Positions 11,450 to 21,811 of a stretch of 33,638 nucleotides of DNA are shown piece by piece. The notes under the pieces were generated by a model. That model had not been told where the DNA came from. It ran no database searches and worked only from the letters and a program-made list of their open reading frames with translations. Both the position numbers and the translations under genes were made by a program. Positions within the stretch are counted from its first letter, which is position 1. Every line of letters begins with the position of its first letter. Origin of the DNA: Octopus bimaculoides (taxonomy: Eukaryota); the NCBI RefSeq assembly GCF_001194135.2, contig NC_068982.1, positions 151,916,670-151,950,307 of the forward strand, written 5' to 3'.

Positions 11450-11880
11450 ATGATATACTGAGCTACAGAAGTATTATTACAAACGGATTTCGCTCAGTTA
11501 CATGCATTGAGTACTCCTTCATAAGCACCCCGGTGAACTTTTCAACCAACCATCGTACTATGCTAAAAACTAAATATACATTGGAAAGAGACGAAAGATG
11601 TCCCAACAATGACCTAGAACGCCAAGCATGTTTCATTTTCTTAGAGCTTTTCAGGCGTATATAAGTCAATAATGATACACTAACGGCTATTTTGACTTAA
11701 TGCTGTTCAATTGAGTCTACCAAATTTGTATTCAGTCTGGCGACTTTCGGCAGTATCAGTGATAGTATGATTTACTGGTTCCTATATATCGGAGGATACA
11801 AATTTCATCTAGGAATGCGAACACCGACTACACATGACTGACAAGCCTCAAGGAGATCGAAACGCATTCATGTGTGTCAT
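11450..11880 (+). mobile_element. Probable very old Penelope 3' end (endonuclease C-terminus relic plus hammerhead-like motif)
   Basis: Faint ELFNQPS (cf. EHFNxPxH) and FIF..LRAFQAY (cf. FIxxLxTxxPxGLN) across frameshifts, followed by a hammerhead-like core at 11826-11878. Confidence 0.4.
11826..11878 (+). ncRNA. Degenerate minimal type I hammerhead ribozyme-like motif
   Basis: Stem I GAC(T)ACACATGA / TCATGTGTGTC (11 bp, one bulge), core CTGACAA (canonical CUGANGA), G..C-closed stem II region, GAAA, then CGCAT (canonical minimal CGCGU). Confidence 0.5.
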
Positions 11881-12608
11881 TCCTGGGTTGATGTATATTG
11901 CTCCTCTAAACGTTGTTTTAAACGCATCATGTCTACGAGGAGGTTTTCTCTCAGACAAAAATCATACCTGTTTACGATGTATATATACGTTAACTATGAT
12001 ATATAGATGAATATATTATATATGTGTGTGTGTATACAATGTTATACATATATTTAGATACTGTTATTAGTAATATAATACATATATATAACTAGCAGAA
12101 ATACCCGGCGTTGCCCGGGTTAAAGAAAGTAGTGGAATTTAAAAATCCCTTTTAGATAACTAACATGAAATATAGACTACGCAGGCCTTACCTCCTAGTA
12201 GCTGAGATACCAATTTTATACGTTAATAAACCGGCATTTCTCAGGTTATTGAAAATAATGAAATTTAAGTATGCCTTTTAAATCTCTAAGTAAAATGAAA
12301 CATGGATTATACAGTTCGCAACGGTAATTAGCTGAGGTACAAACTATTAAAGTCAATAATGTGTTTTATCCGATGTTTTCACTGTTAAAATTGTTAAAAT
12401 GAAAAGAAAAAGGTAGTTCTTTGTCTTTGCAATCACCTTCAATTGTCAGTAATTATTTGAAACGCGTTGAACCTGAAAATGCATAAATTTAAGAAGAACC
12501 GGCCTGCGGGCGCTCCCCTCCTGTTGATAAGTACATTTAACAAAAATTCTATCAGATGACGTCAGTATAAACAAATGTATTGAAACAAATCCGGAAATCA
12601 ATCACAGT

Positions 12609-13317
12609 TTAATTATCTAAATATACTTCTAAATATATGATGTTTTGAGTGTGTCCTTTAATTGGTGTATAAATGAAAAGAGTTTGGGGACTTCCAACTC
12701 GCGAACATCCTACATATAACTGCTCATAAAAGAACCAAGGTGAAGTCCATATTTGTTACATTTTCTCTGTTTTGTGCGTTTGTGAATCCTTGAGAGACTG
12801 TCCTTGAGACTTGTATATTGACATAGCGAAACTTAATTTCACTGGGAACTAGAACCGCTTAAATTCAAAGGGGAAGTCATATGGGATTAGCGGGATCCGT
12901 GGAATAAAGTCATCCTCACCCTTATAGTTCCAAGTCATAATTGTTGCCTCTAGAACATAACGTCGCATCGATTTCATCACCAGGTGGATCTAGATTCCTG
13001 AGCAGCATGATTAGGGTCCCTTTTTTATGTGTTAAGTGGTGAAGTAGCACCTCAGATGGTTGTAGAAAGTTCAGGAACTTAGTTGGAAATAGTATAGCCT
13101 GGTCCTGATCAATGACAGTGCCGAGGGATTTGAAAGACTGTTCTTGTCCGGGCAACAGCTGCATGAGATCCCAGTTGATTTTCATGACAGCATCATTACG
13201 TGGAGTTAAGATGGCTTGCTCACAGAGCCATTGACTGTTGCTAAAGTTTTGTGCAATGTGTAAGAGCACATGCGTTATGAGATCATTGACAGTTGGTACC
13301 ATCTCACCACAGGCGTT
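12609..13317 (-). pseudogene. Helitron PIF1-family helicase C-terminal fragment
   Basis: WLCEQAILTPRND, FPTKFLNFL, IMLLRNLDPP, FIPRIPLIP, FKRF*FPVKLSFAMSIYKSQGQSLK, QLYVGCSRVG, stop at 12609-12611. It has a frameshift, a stop and an insertion. Confidence 0.95.
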
Positions 13318-13692
13318 CTGCAACTCCACCCCGAATTCGGATGATGATAACTTTCAGAAAAATGGCTATTTTTTAATGAAATTTCCTACGAATATGTGTT
13401 ATATCATGTAGATTCCGAATATACACAATCTTTGGGGGAAAGCGTTTTAGGAGGAGGTGGGGAGGATTTTCAGAAAATTCACCGGAATCCACTTCAATTC
13501 GTCTTAACTTTCAGGAAAATAGATATTTTTTAATGAAATTGCCTACAAATATACTACGGACTATGTAGATTCCAAGCACATAGGATTTGGGGAAAAAACA
13601 ATTGGGGGTTATTTTTGCGAACTGGGGTGGGGTCGGAACAAGTCGTCCATATTTGTTTCAATTTCTCCGTTTTGTGCGTCTGTGCATCCGTA
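13318..13692 (+). repeat. Left arm of a ~380-bp inverted repeat (partner 14194-14577)
   Basis: Aligns end to end with the reverse complement of 14194-14577, roughly 80-85% identical by eye. Each arm has an internal ~95-bp direct repeat with period ~158. Confidence 0.92.
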
Positions 13693-14193
13693 CATAACCC
13701 TTAACCCTAGTCGTAATATTTAAGGAAAAAAATTGAAAAGTTAAGGAGTAGGTGTATTAAAAAGTCTAAAAGTAGATCTTCTTTGCATATTTAGAATCGC
13801 CGTTGGAGACAAGGTCGGAATCCGTAGAAACAAAAAGCATGCTTATTCTCAGTGTCCTCACACACACACATATATAATGAAAGAAGTTCAAACGGGGAAT
13901 TATTCCATTCAATATCATGTTTATTATAGATATTGTGTAACAAATTATACTTTACACTTTTATATTTAACTGCGTGTATATTCCTTATTTTTGCTTCTGG
14001 TGTCTCTTGCTTTTCTATTAGAACCGTTTACCTGGAAATTTACTTAAAGGGTAAAAACAAAATCGTATGCAACAGATAAGTCGCCTTAATAACATATATC
14101 TGTGTACCAGATATTTAGCTGCTATTTTTAGCATAAGGAGTTTTCTGGTGAGGACTTCATTTGCCTTCATCGCTTGTGGCTTCAGTAGAAATC

Positions 14194-14577
14194 TACGGAT
14201 GCACAAACGCACAAAACAGAGAAAATGTAACAAATATGGACGACGTGTTCCGAAACAGCCCTGAGTGGGGAAAATTTCTCAAAAATAACCCCCATTGTTT
14301 TCTTCAAAAATTCCTATATGCTCGGAATCTAAATAGACCGAGGTATATTTGTAGACAATTTCATTAAGAAATATCCATTTTCCTGAAAGTTAAACGAATT
14401 GAAGTGGATTTCGATGAATTTTCCGAAAATCATCCTCCACCCCTCCTAAAACACTTCCCCCCTAAAGTGTTGTATATTCGGAATCTACATGATATATCAC
14501 ATATTTGTAGAAAATTTCATTAAAAAATATTCATTTTTCTGAACGTTATGATCATCAAAGTCGGTGTGGGGGTGCAG
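14194..14577 (-). repeat. Right arm of the ~380-bp inverted repeat
   Basis: Reverse-complement match to 13318-13692; contiguous with the Helitron 5' region. Confidence 0.92.
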
Positions 14578-14634
14578 AAATCTGTAGTTATGCCCTGTTG
14601 ACAATTGATCGATTAGATAAAATCTCCGTATGAA

Positions 14635-14635
<1 letters not shown>

Positions 14636-14707
<72 letters not shown>
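14636..14707. repeat. (CT)n(CA)n microsatellite inside the Helitron 5' region
   Basis: Read directly from sequence. Confidence 0.95.
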
Positions 14708-14709
<2 letters not shown>

Positions 14710-16047
14710 AATAGTCACAACTGTAATGATGTTTGTGTGTAAAAAAACCGTTAGGACGCCAAAGACAGGAAGTTCAAACGCAGGAAGTTGAGAAAGTGAT
14801 CTGAAGAAGTGAATCTTTATATAGAGAGCAATATTATTTATTTTTTAAAAAAAATAATAATAAATCAAGACGGTATTATTAGTGTACCCCAAGTATGGTA
14901 CAGATTAATCCAGAGGTTTGAACCTGCATTGAGGACACGCACAGACAGGGTATTTTATATATTAAGATTAGCACCGAAATCCTACCACCACCGTATCTCA
15001 TTTGACATGTATTAATTTAAATTTTATTTTTCAAGTAACCCAAGGCAAAACGATCGGGATGGCTATGGCTGAAACGTCTTTGATATGTCTTTGAACTGAA
15101 CTGATCTGGGTCTAATCAAGACTATCAGCAGTCATTCCGTCTATCTTCCAGTTTCTACCTGTTTCTCACAAAGGATCCATTTCTCTGTCTACGTATTTCA
15201 GACACAGAATTCTTCTCTCTATCCATCTATTTCATACACAGTCTGCTTCCCTTCATCTGCCAGTTTATACTCAGGATAATTTCCTTAATTTTCATATGCA
15301 AAACCAGTCACTATATTTAAAATTTCTTACATGAACTTTCCTTTAATAGTTCTTTTAAGGTCCTTCTCTTAATGTACTACCTTTCTACATCCATAATTTC
15401 GGAACATAATTAACAAAACTAGACCTCGGTGTTCACAATCCGGCAACTCAGATTGATAACCCAAGGCAAGTAATCTACCATCTAGATCATATATAATGGA
15501 TTATGCCTCTTAACCTTTTGAAACCCGTAATGCATCACCGAAAACTGCCAGTAAATAACAAAAGATCATATATTGCATATGTTTAAGAAGCAGACAGACA
15601 TACAGGTAGGCAGGTAGATAGATATATAGATAAATAAACATACTACATATCCATTCACACACACACATGCATTTATTAACTAAAGTACTGAGGCAGCTTA
15701 TTTCAAGATAAGTTACAGATGAATTTATATGCTTAACTATACATTTTGCCGCCTTTTTCAAATAAATCACAAGCTGAAACCATAATTCTCGCTTTGCAAA
15801 ATAGATTGAAGAACAACTTGACTAGTTTCTGCAGATCATAACTGACTCTTCAAGAGTGTTTTCCTATCTCGACAGAAAGAGTCAAGTAGCTAGCTTACTC
15901 TGATGATCTACAATGCTTGTAGCTCATCAGATTTATTGCTTATCAGTCAGTACATTCGCTGGAGACGCTTATTAATTAACGATGGCAGGAAGCTATGTAT
16001 TGTTATTAAAAGTAGACGTATACAATTATTTACAACGTATGCGTCCT

Positions 16048-16138
16048 TGTATATATACATATATATATATATATATGTATGTATCCTGTGTATATATATG
16101 TATGTATATATATATAAATATGTATGTATACATATATG

Positions 16139-16201
<63 letters not shown>

Positions 16202-16300
16202 TTATTTATATATATGTATTAATATATATATATATGATTACGTATATGTATGCTTATACAGCTTATACATATGTATATATGTATATGTGCATGTGTACTT
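16048..16300. repeat. (TA)n/(TATG)n microsatellite array
   Basis: Read directly from sequence. Confidence 0.95.
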
Positions 16301-17303
16301 AATTTCCCTCTACGTTCGTACGTAATCACTTTTTATAACATGTCTTTCGGCTAAAATGTCGTTAATGACAGATAAATGTATTTCCACTTGTGTATTTGAC
16401 ACCTGAAATATTCATATTAGCATTAACCAACTCTCGCTCAAATAGATATGACCGTGTATTTTTTGAGTTCGTTATCAATCTGAGTTGCTGGATTGTGAAA
16501 ACCGAAATCTACTTTTATTAATTATCTTCTGAAATGATGGATGAAGAGGAGTAATACATTGAGGAAAGGAGAAAGGACCTTAAAAAAAAACTATTAAAGT
16601 AATGTCTCTTCCCATTTTTAAGGTAATAGAGTATCTGGTTTGAGAAAGATTTGTAATGCGATTTCTCACTGATCGAAAAATAGTTTGTTGACTCGAAGGA
16701 CTATATAGCAAAGTGATTTATAAAAAAGAAGAGCTCCGAATAAATTCGTGATCTTAGAGTAATCAAATGTCTTTAAGTGACATGACAAAATATTTCTATT
16801 TCAAAACATTGAAGAAAATCTCGTAGGATGAGCATGTATTTAATAATGTTTGATTTTGCTTTTAAATTTAATATTCAACTTATTGTCGATTATCGCAAAA
16901 AATACTAACAAATATAGGAATCAGCTATTAAAACATAGTACAGACGACGCGAAAGGGGAATGGTAACCATTCGAAACTTGAATGAATGTAAATGACACTG
17001 AATATTTTCGCCACTGTAGGAAAGTTGTAAAAGAAAAAAATGAATTTGTTTTTCCATAAAGGTAATCAATACTGCCTTCTATGTTCATATATATGTTGTA
17101 AGAGAAAATATTATGTGACATATTGTTGTTTAGGAAAGATTGAGAGAAAAATGATCATGTATTGTGAATTTCTTTTCGCTCTCCTTTATAAGATTAATTT
17201 CTTTATAAAGAAGAGGTTTTCAATAAATACTTTTGTCACGTGTTGTCACAGTCTTGTCATATTTTGACAATTATTTTTTTTAGTTTTCATTTTCCTGCAA
17301 TAG

Positions 17304-17370
17304 ATTTCCAATAGATGTCATCTCAAATATTCTCAACAAAGATGAGTTATATTCAGAGGGGATCGACTGG
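17304..17370 (+). CDS. Candidate coding exon B (FPIDVISNILNKDELYSEGIDW), product unknown
   Basis: Strong pyrimidine tract TTTTTTTAGTTTTCATTTTCCTGCAATAG, a 67-nt open frame (1 nt + 22 codons) and a consensus TGG|GTGAGT donor. No recognised homology. Confidence 0.35.
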
Positions 17371-17492
17371 GTGAGTTAGGGAGAAGAAGACGAAAACAAA
17401 AGGGGAAGAAGTGCCAGCGGGGAGGAGATAGCAGAAAGTATTTATGAAGATTTTTTTTTCTTGGGGTGTTTGAAAACAACGTTGACCTTTCA

Positions 17493-17495
<3 letters not shown>

Positions 17496-17531
<36 letters not shown>

Positions 17532-17541
17532 NNNNNNNNNN

Positions 17542-17578
<37 letters not shown>

Positions 17579-17585
17579 TATACAC
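17496..17585. repeat. (CA)n microsatellite interrupted by a 10-nt gap
   Basis: Read directly from sequence. Confidence 0.95.
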
Positions 17586-17723
17586 ACATTTATTGACATA
17601 GAGCTATGTACACACGCTGATTGCTTTAAACAGAAAGTGGGGGATAAGAATTCGAATAAAAGACACTATGTAATAACAATGACTCTAATAGTAATAGTGA
17701 TGGTGATAATAACAGCATGATAG

Positions 17724-17775
<52 letters not shown>
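17724..17775. repeat. (TAG)n microsatellite
   Basis: Read directly from sequence. Confidence 0.97.
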
Positions 17776-17777
<2 letters not shown>

Positions 17778-18427
17778 ATAATGATGGAGTTGATGACAAA
17801 CGTGGTGATGACTGATAATGTATTGAGAAGGGAGATATGATAGACGGGTAATAGATATGTCAAAAAAGACACACAAACGCACATACACACACATATACAT
17901 ACATATGTATATATGCATATATACGTGTGTATGCGCACGGGAGCGTGTGTGAAGAAAACTAAGATTTGTTGTACAACTGTGACAGCTTGCTGTCACGTGG
18001 TGTCAAGTGCATTTCCGGTGTTGAAAGCTACTAGAAAGATCAATCTCGCCATGTTAACTATTGATAACATATCAGTTAATCATTTCGATCTGGACGTCAA
18101 TCTTAGTTTTCTTTATAAGACTTTCATTAAGTAATCATTTCACTAAAACTGTATGTCAAGTAAAGTTAAAATAAATATATTTCCAATGTCGTTAGGCGTA
18201 GTAGTTTGGCTGTGACTGACATTTTTCATTAATATCTAAGTAAATATACATTGATACTTGTAAACATTAGCAAACCAATTTTTTTAATTAAAAGATTAAC
18301 ACACACATACACACACAGAAATACATATGCATGCATACTCAAACACACTCATATACATACTTATATGAATACATACAACTACATGTTTCAATAAACAGAT
18401 GTATTTTAATGATTTAATGATTTAGCC

Positions 18428-18819
18428 CAGTGGTTCTCAACCAGTTTTTGACCTATGGACCCCTTTGATATCTATTTTATTCTGGTGGACCCCCATAGCC
18501 ATCCGATGTTTAAAAACTAGTTTAATAAATACTTTCTTCAAAATCCCTGCTTTGTTTGTCACATGTTCACTTGCGTAGATTTTCAATAGCACTCTCTGAG
18601 ATAACATATTTCAGTTGCCCGAAACATGTTAAACTAAGTAAAACGTTAGAGAAAGAAACGTAACTGTTTCTTGCAATGAATACATCTCAAATAAAATTAT
18701 TTCATCAACCCTTAAAATACTACTGTGGATTCCCAATTTACTATTTTGTTTGTGTAGAGCCCACCGACAATCTTATATGGACCACTAGAGGTCATATGGA
18801 AGCTGGTTGAAAATCACTG
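18428..18819. mobile_element. hAT (Charlie-like) MITE, 392 bp
   Basis: TIRs CAGTGGTTCTCAACCAG / CTGGTTGAAAATCACTG (15/17 match). 8-bp TSD ATTTAGCC (18420-18427) / ATTTAGTC (18820-18827). Subterminal ATGGACC motifs. No ORF. Confidence 0.93.
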
Positions 18820-19319
18820 ATTTAGTCTATGATAAAAGACGGTGCGACCATAGACTTTCTAAAGTCTCATACTTCCCGGCAAGGAAAGAAATGTCATTTA
18901 AGGAAAGAGTTTAAATTCATTATATGGTTTCCATTTTTCTAAGGAAGCATACAGAGAGGGAGAATGTTCAAGAAAAATGAAATTGCAAAGAGGTAGCTTT
19001 TGAAATAGTGCTTGATACGGGTTCTATATAGTTTGAAGCACCCACAGTGAGCTACATGATATATAGTTTACAAAGAGCAAATCGGGAGGAACAGACCATT
19101 GTAGAAGCAGTAAAAGAGACAAATAGTGGAGATAAGCCAGTTTTGGTTTGTGGTTGATGAGTGTTCGTGAATAAAAGTTTATTCAAAAGCTGAGTGGCAG
19201 TGTGGTATGATCTAGAAGAGAGTGTGTGAATCGTAGTATTGTTCCAATAGAGTAAAATATTTTGTATGAAGAAAATACTTTTCGGAGTTCAAATACTTTT
19301 TAGCAGTGAAAACTCTCTA

Positions 19320-19352
<33 letters not shown>

Positions 19353-19485
19353 TTCAAAAGTGGCTACGTTCTTTATGTTGGTTTACTATGAATGTTGTGT
19401 GCAATAATAAACAAGGCTACTATCTTTAAAGAAATATGAATAGCACGGGTGAAATAGTGTTTAGTGGTGTTGTTTGATGTTGTAG

Positions 19486-19573
19486 CATCTACTTTGTATG
19501 ATGACGGTCGACTCCGTTAATGGTATTTTGCCCATCAGTGAATCTGTCGAATTTGAATGTGGAGAAACTTTTA
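19486..19573 (+). CDS. Speculative coding exon C (HLLCMMTVDSVNGILPISESVEFECGETF)
   Basis: TGTTTGATGTTGTAG acceptor, 88-nt open frame, TTA|GTAAGA donor; phase-compatible with exon B. No recognised homology. Confidence 0.22.
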
Positions 19574-19873
19574 GTAAGATCAGGGGAAACTAAAGTGCTA
19601 GTTTGTATTAGAATTTGTGTAAGTTGAAGTAATAGCGAATTGTTTTGCTTAGTTGAAAGAAATCCTTGAAAAGATAACTGGTCATTGAATCTCATCGAAC
19701 CTGGTAAGCATTACAGAAAGGTCCCAATTCATGGTTATTATTTATGACTGAAGTCCATGGTTGGGAAGCTTTGACAGATTATGATTCAAATTTATAAACT
19801 TGTACGATGATAATGAAATACATTCTGATAGCCAAGTATTTCTAGCTTTGAAACAACGTCACACATTCTGGTG

Positions 19874-20079
19874 TGTATTCGACTTCTATTCAGGGTACTG
19901 AAGTAATTAACTGTAATGTCAGTCAATTGTCTTCGTTATTAGATAATTATTCAATTGTTAATAGATGGGTTTTTTTTTTATAATCTTTATCATCACGGGT
20001 TGTAAGATAATGAATTTGAAAGATGTATTAACTACATGCTTTTCCTCATTGTTTACATTCCACGTTCATTAGTTCGAAA
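19874..20079 (+). repeat. 206-bp direct repeat, copy 1
   Basis: About 13 substitutions and no indels versus 21606-21811 (~94%). Confidence 0.95.
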
Positions 20080-20399
20080 GAGTTGGGCGCTTTATTTTGA
20101 AACTGTTTATTATCTAACTTAGTAAAAAGTATCGTCAGTCAGACTGAATCTGTAGGCATTATTTTTGTGACCTAAAGTAAAAGAAATACCCTTCAAATAA
20201 TGAAGAAATCGTTATAATTGTTTCTCTGACCTTAGAGATTTTTAAGATGATAATTTTTGACAGATAGTTGGCAAAGTATATTTGTTTTATTTGGGAGCGA
20301 GTTTGATAGAAGACTTGCTTGTTTCCCTACCACAGTTAAGTATGCTTAATGAAAAAACAGTTAAAGTATGTTATAAATATAGGCACCAGTTCCAAAACA

Positions 20400-20612
20400 T
20401 TATTTGTGGACGATTCGCTGAGGGTGTTTTTATGTAGCCACTTAACCGGCTTGTAATAGCAGCTAAATACCCCTGAAAACACCTCCTATAGACTTTAAAA
20501 ACAGAGTATATTGCAGGTGAAACCGGATAGACAATGTTAGCGATTAAGATATTATAGTCAAGAATGGAAGACATTTGAATGCTATGCTCTCTCGGGGCTA
20601 AACAACAGCTGC
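20400..20612 (+). mobile_element. SINE-like family C copy ending in GGGGCTAAACAACA
   Basis: Shares AATAGCAGCTAAAT and the GGGCTAAACAACA tail with 31680-31970 and 32310-32375. A related GGGATGGCTATGGCTG..TCTTTGAT block lies at 15049-15125. It matches a remembered cephalopod repeat; the family is not named with certainty. Confidence 0.55.
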
Positions 20613-21605
20613 TTGAAGACGATGGTAGATACATCGATTTGATAGATCACTTTATTGTTTGAAAAACGGAAGAAATGCTTGATTGATCAGTGCACGTGAG
20701 AGTACGTGAGGCGAAATCGCGAAAGAGTGTTTAGGAAGGATTTCTTGCATGAAGGCTGAGTAGAATTTGAAGCAAAATACACGAAAATATAGAAGCCTAG
20801 TATTTAAGGAGTTCTACTTACAAAACCAAGATGTTGGAATGGTAGTGGGTAGGAAGATTGAAAAGTTGAATAAGATTCTTTTGACAAGAGTTAGAATATG
20901 CAACAACAGTAGGACAAACAACGAATTACTGTTGGACATAAGTTGCTCGGAAACCTCATTTGTTCTCTTGATTATTGTATTAAAAATGTTTTGTTTTAAG
21001 TCTAATATATTCTGATAGTTCACAGTAGGCGATTTCTATGCATTTCACATTGGATATTTACTACAATACTTGCAACATAGTTGTTAATAAACCAATGACA
21101 GTCTATTGACATTACAGTTTTGATAATGTAATGTATGTAAAGAAATGCATTTCAGCTTTTGCTTTTCATTTCGTTGGTATTCACAATATATAACATACTT
21201 CCGCTTTGTAGAAAACAGCATCACTATTGCTGTAACTACAAACAACTACTATGCTAGAACTACTACTAACACCACTATTATTGCTGCTCTTAGCGATACT
21301 GTTGCTCCAACCATAACAATTACAACTATTCCTGCTTCTACACTGCCTCTTCTTTAGTGTTATTCTGCTCTCCATTTCCAGTTACTGCTTCTGCCATTAA
21401 TATGGTAGAGTTAAGTTTCTGTTCTAATCTTGTTGTCTTGATTTTCTTCTTTTAGAAATGCATCTATTTAGAAATGTATTTATATCAAGCTCAGTCTGTC
21501 ACAGAAAGGTGGTCATTGTACTTCGTCTTGTTCTCTCTATATTCTGGTCATTTCATAGCTTCTCAGACAGTCTCTTAATTACAAAATATAAGTTTTATTC
21601 CATTA

Positions 21606-21811
21606 TGTATTCGACTTCTATTCAGGGTGCTGAAGTAATTAACTGTAATGTCAGTCAATTGTCTTCGTTATTAGATAACTGTTCAATTGTTAATAGATGG
21701 GTTTTTTTAAAATAATTTTTATCATCACAGGTTGTAAGATAATGAAGCTGGAAGATGTATTAACTACATGCTTTTCCTCATTGTCTACGTTCCACGTTCA
21801 TTAGTTCGAAA
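21606..21811 (+). repeat. 206-bp direct repeat, copy 2
   Basis: Matches 19874-20079 at an offset of 1732 bp. Confidence 0.95.

Larger units (their letters stand above)
12092..14827 (-). mobile_element. Internally deleted Helitron
   Basis: 3' terminus on the minus strand is hairpin ACCCGGGCAACGCCGGGT (12103-12120), then TATTTCTG-CTAG, followed by host T. It contains a helicase remnant. The putative 5' end TCTCTATATAAAG at ~14825-14827 is less certain because it is not preceded by A. Confidence 0.85.

Noticed and set aside
15036-15469. 13-bp direct repeat TAACCCAAGGCAA flanking 408 bp, a possible TSD
   Set aside because: The interior is a mix of a SINE C tail and unclassified sequence rather than one element. 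One such match is near chance expectation for a window this size.
16940-16975. Palindrome GAATGGTAACCATTC followed by GAAAC, resembling hammerhead stem II
   Set aside because: There is no CUGANGA upstream and no stem I.
19546-19575. ECGETFS as a C2H2 zinc-finger fragment
   Set aside because: The first Cys and both His ligands are missing.
19874-21811. Interpretation of the 206-bp repeats as LTRs
   Set aside because: No TG..CA ends, TSD, PBS, PPT or gag/pol remnants.
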